64,000 bases of DNA. Source: Eledone cirrhosa (taxonomy: Eukaryota). The position numbers were made by a program, and so were the translations under genes. Shown here in pieces: positions 62,476 to 64,000 of this stretch. Numbering within the stretch: position 1 is the stretch's first letter; the number at the start of each line of letters is the position of its first letter. The notes under the pieces are model-generated. The model was not told where the DNA came from and did no database searches. It saw only the letters and a program-made list of their open reading frames with translations. The stretch spans positions 11,842,001 through 11,906,000 of the forward strand of contig OZ024761.1 of the NCBI GenBank assembly GCA_964016885.1, given 5' to 3'.

Positions 62476-63705
62476 GTGAAGGGCTGGTGTATATATATAT
62501 ATATATATATATGTGTGTATATATGTATGTGAAGGGCTGGTGTGTATATATATATGTATATATATGTATATGAAGGGCTGGTGTGTATATCATCATCATC
62601 ATCATTTCATTTTACGTCCGCTTTTCCCTGCTTGCAAGGGTGGGACGGGAACTGATTCTGGCTTGATTTCTACAGCTGGATGCCCTTCCTAACACCAACC
62701 TCATTTACAGTGAGTGCTGGGTGCTTTTTTGCCGTGGCACCTACACGACCACTTTTGCAGTGGAATGATAAGGACCTCAGTCCCTATCATCTCATTTCTA
62801 CAGCTGAGTAAACTGGAGCAATGTGAAATAAAGTGTCTTGCTCAAGGAAACAACACACCACTCGGTCTGAGAATTGAACTCACAACCTTTCGATTGCAAG
62901 GCCAATGCTCTAACCACTAAGCCATGTGCCTCTATATATATATGTATATATATGTATATGAAGGGCTGGTGTGTATATATATATGTATATATATGTATGT
63001 GAAGGGCTGGTGTGTATATATATATGTATATATATGTATATGAAGGGCTGGTGTGTATATATATATATGTATATATATATGTATATGAAGGGCTGGTGTG
63101 TATATATATATATGTATATATATGTATATGAAGGGCTGGTGTGTATATATATATGTATATATATGTATATGAAGGGCTGGTGTGTATATATATATGTATA
63201 TATATGTATATGAAGGGCTGGTGTGTATATATATATGTATATATATGTATATGAAGGGCTGGTGTGTATATATATATGTATATATATGTATATGAAGGGC
63301 TGGTGTGTATATATATATATGTATATATATGTATATGAAGGGCTGGTGTGTATATATATATGTATGTGAAGGGCTGGTGTGTATATATATATGTATATAT
63401 ATGTATGTGAAGGGCTGGTGTGTATATATATGTATATATATGTATGTGAAGGGCTGGTGTGTATATATATATGTATATATATGTATGTGAAGGGCTGGTG
63501 TGTATATATATGTATATATATGTATGTGAAGGGCTGGTGTGTATATATATATGTATATATATGTATGTGAAGGGCTGGTGTGTATATATATATGTGTATA
63601 TATGTATATGAAGGGCTGGTGTGTATATATATATGTATATATATGTATATGAAGGGCTGGTGTGTATATATATGTGTATATATATGTATGTGAAGGGCTG
63701 GTGAT
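61340..63705. repeat. GAAGGGCTGGTGT motif repeated with variable (TG)/(TA) spacers
   Basis: Dozens of copies; spacer composition shifts from TG-rich to TA-rich. Confidence 0.92.
62590..62932 (-). mobile_element. tRNA-derived SINE, full length
   Basis: Very similar to 4343-4694. Confidence 0.88.
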
Positions 63706-63820
63706 GTTCCATACTCCAGCATTGTCTTATCTCTTAGATCAAATTTATTTACTTTCTAAACCTCTTGTCATCATCATCATCATCATATATATTTTCAAAC
63801 TTAGACTCCCTCTGAACATA

Positions 63821-63862
<42 letters not shown>

Positions 63863-63875
63863 CATTAGTACTGCA

Positions 63876-63908
<33 letters not shown>

Positions 63909-64000
63909 GCTGCTGCTACTACTACTACCATTAGTACTGCAGCTACTACTACTACTACCATTAGTACTACTACTACTGCTGCTGCTGCTACTATTACTAC
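63821..64000. repeat. (CTA)n/(CTG)n microsatellite
   Basis: Direct reading. Confidence 0.95.

Noticed and set aside
61340-63705. CRISPR-like repeat-spacer appearance
   Set aside because: Eukaryotic context, spacers are dinucleotide microsatellites, no cas genes

Overview
AT-rich, repeat-dense animal DNA. The repeat style (tRNA-headed SINEs with (ATG)n tails, RTE and Penelope relics, long TA/CA/GA microsatellites) suggests an octopus or other coleoid cephalopod, but this is inference. One host gene is supportable: a minus-strand SLC45A3/prostein-like MFS sugar transporter with coding exons 15180-13723 and 9365-9069. The centre of the window holds a ~13 kb composite (18017-30968): a TTAA-flanked piggyBac-like MITE whose internal 72-bp unit has expanded into a minisatellite and carries two near-identical full-length L1/Tx1-type retrotransposons. 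Both sit at the same nucleotide of the unit, with no poly(A) tail and 7 bp of target missing. A 14.5 kb 48-bp satellite follows (32232-46722); its monomer resembles a TTAA-CCC transposon terminus. Scattered through TA microsatellites are at least eight type I hammerhead ribozyme motifs with palindromic stem III, from several unrelated sequence families. One lies downstream of a GIY-YIG C-terminal relic and one has a compensatory U3-A8 core. Also present: hairpin Penelope-like relics, a SINE family with three different 3' tails, and several minisatellites derived from LINE, SINE and TIR fragments. All coordinates were read by eye and may be off by a few bases; no database searches were run.
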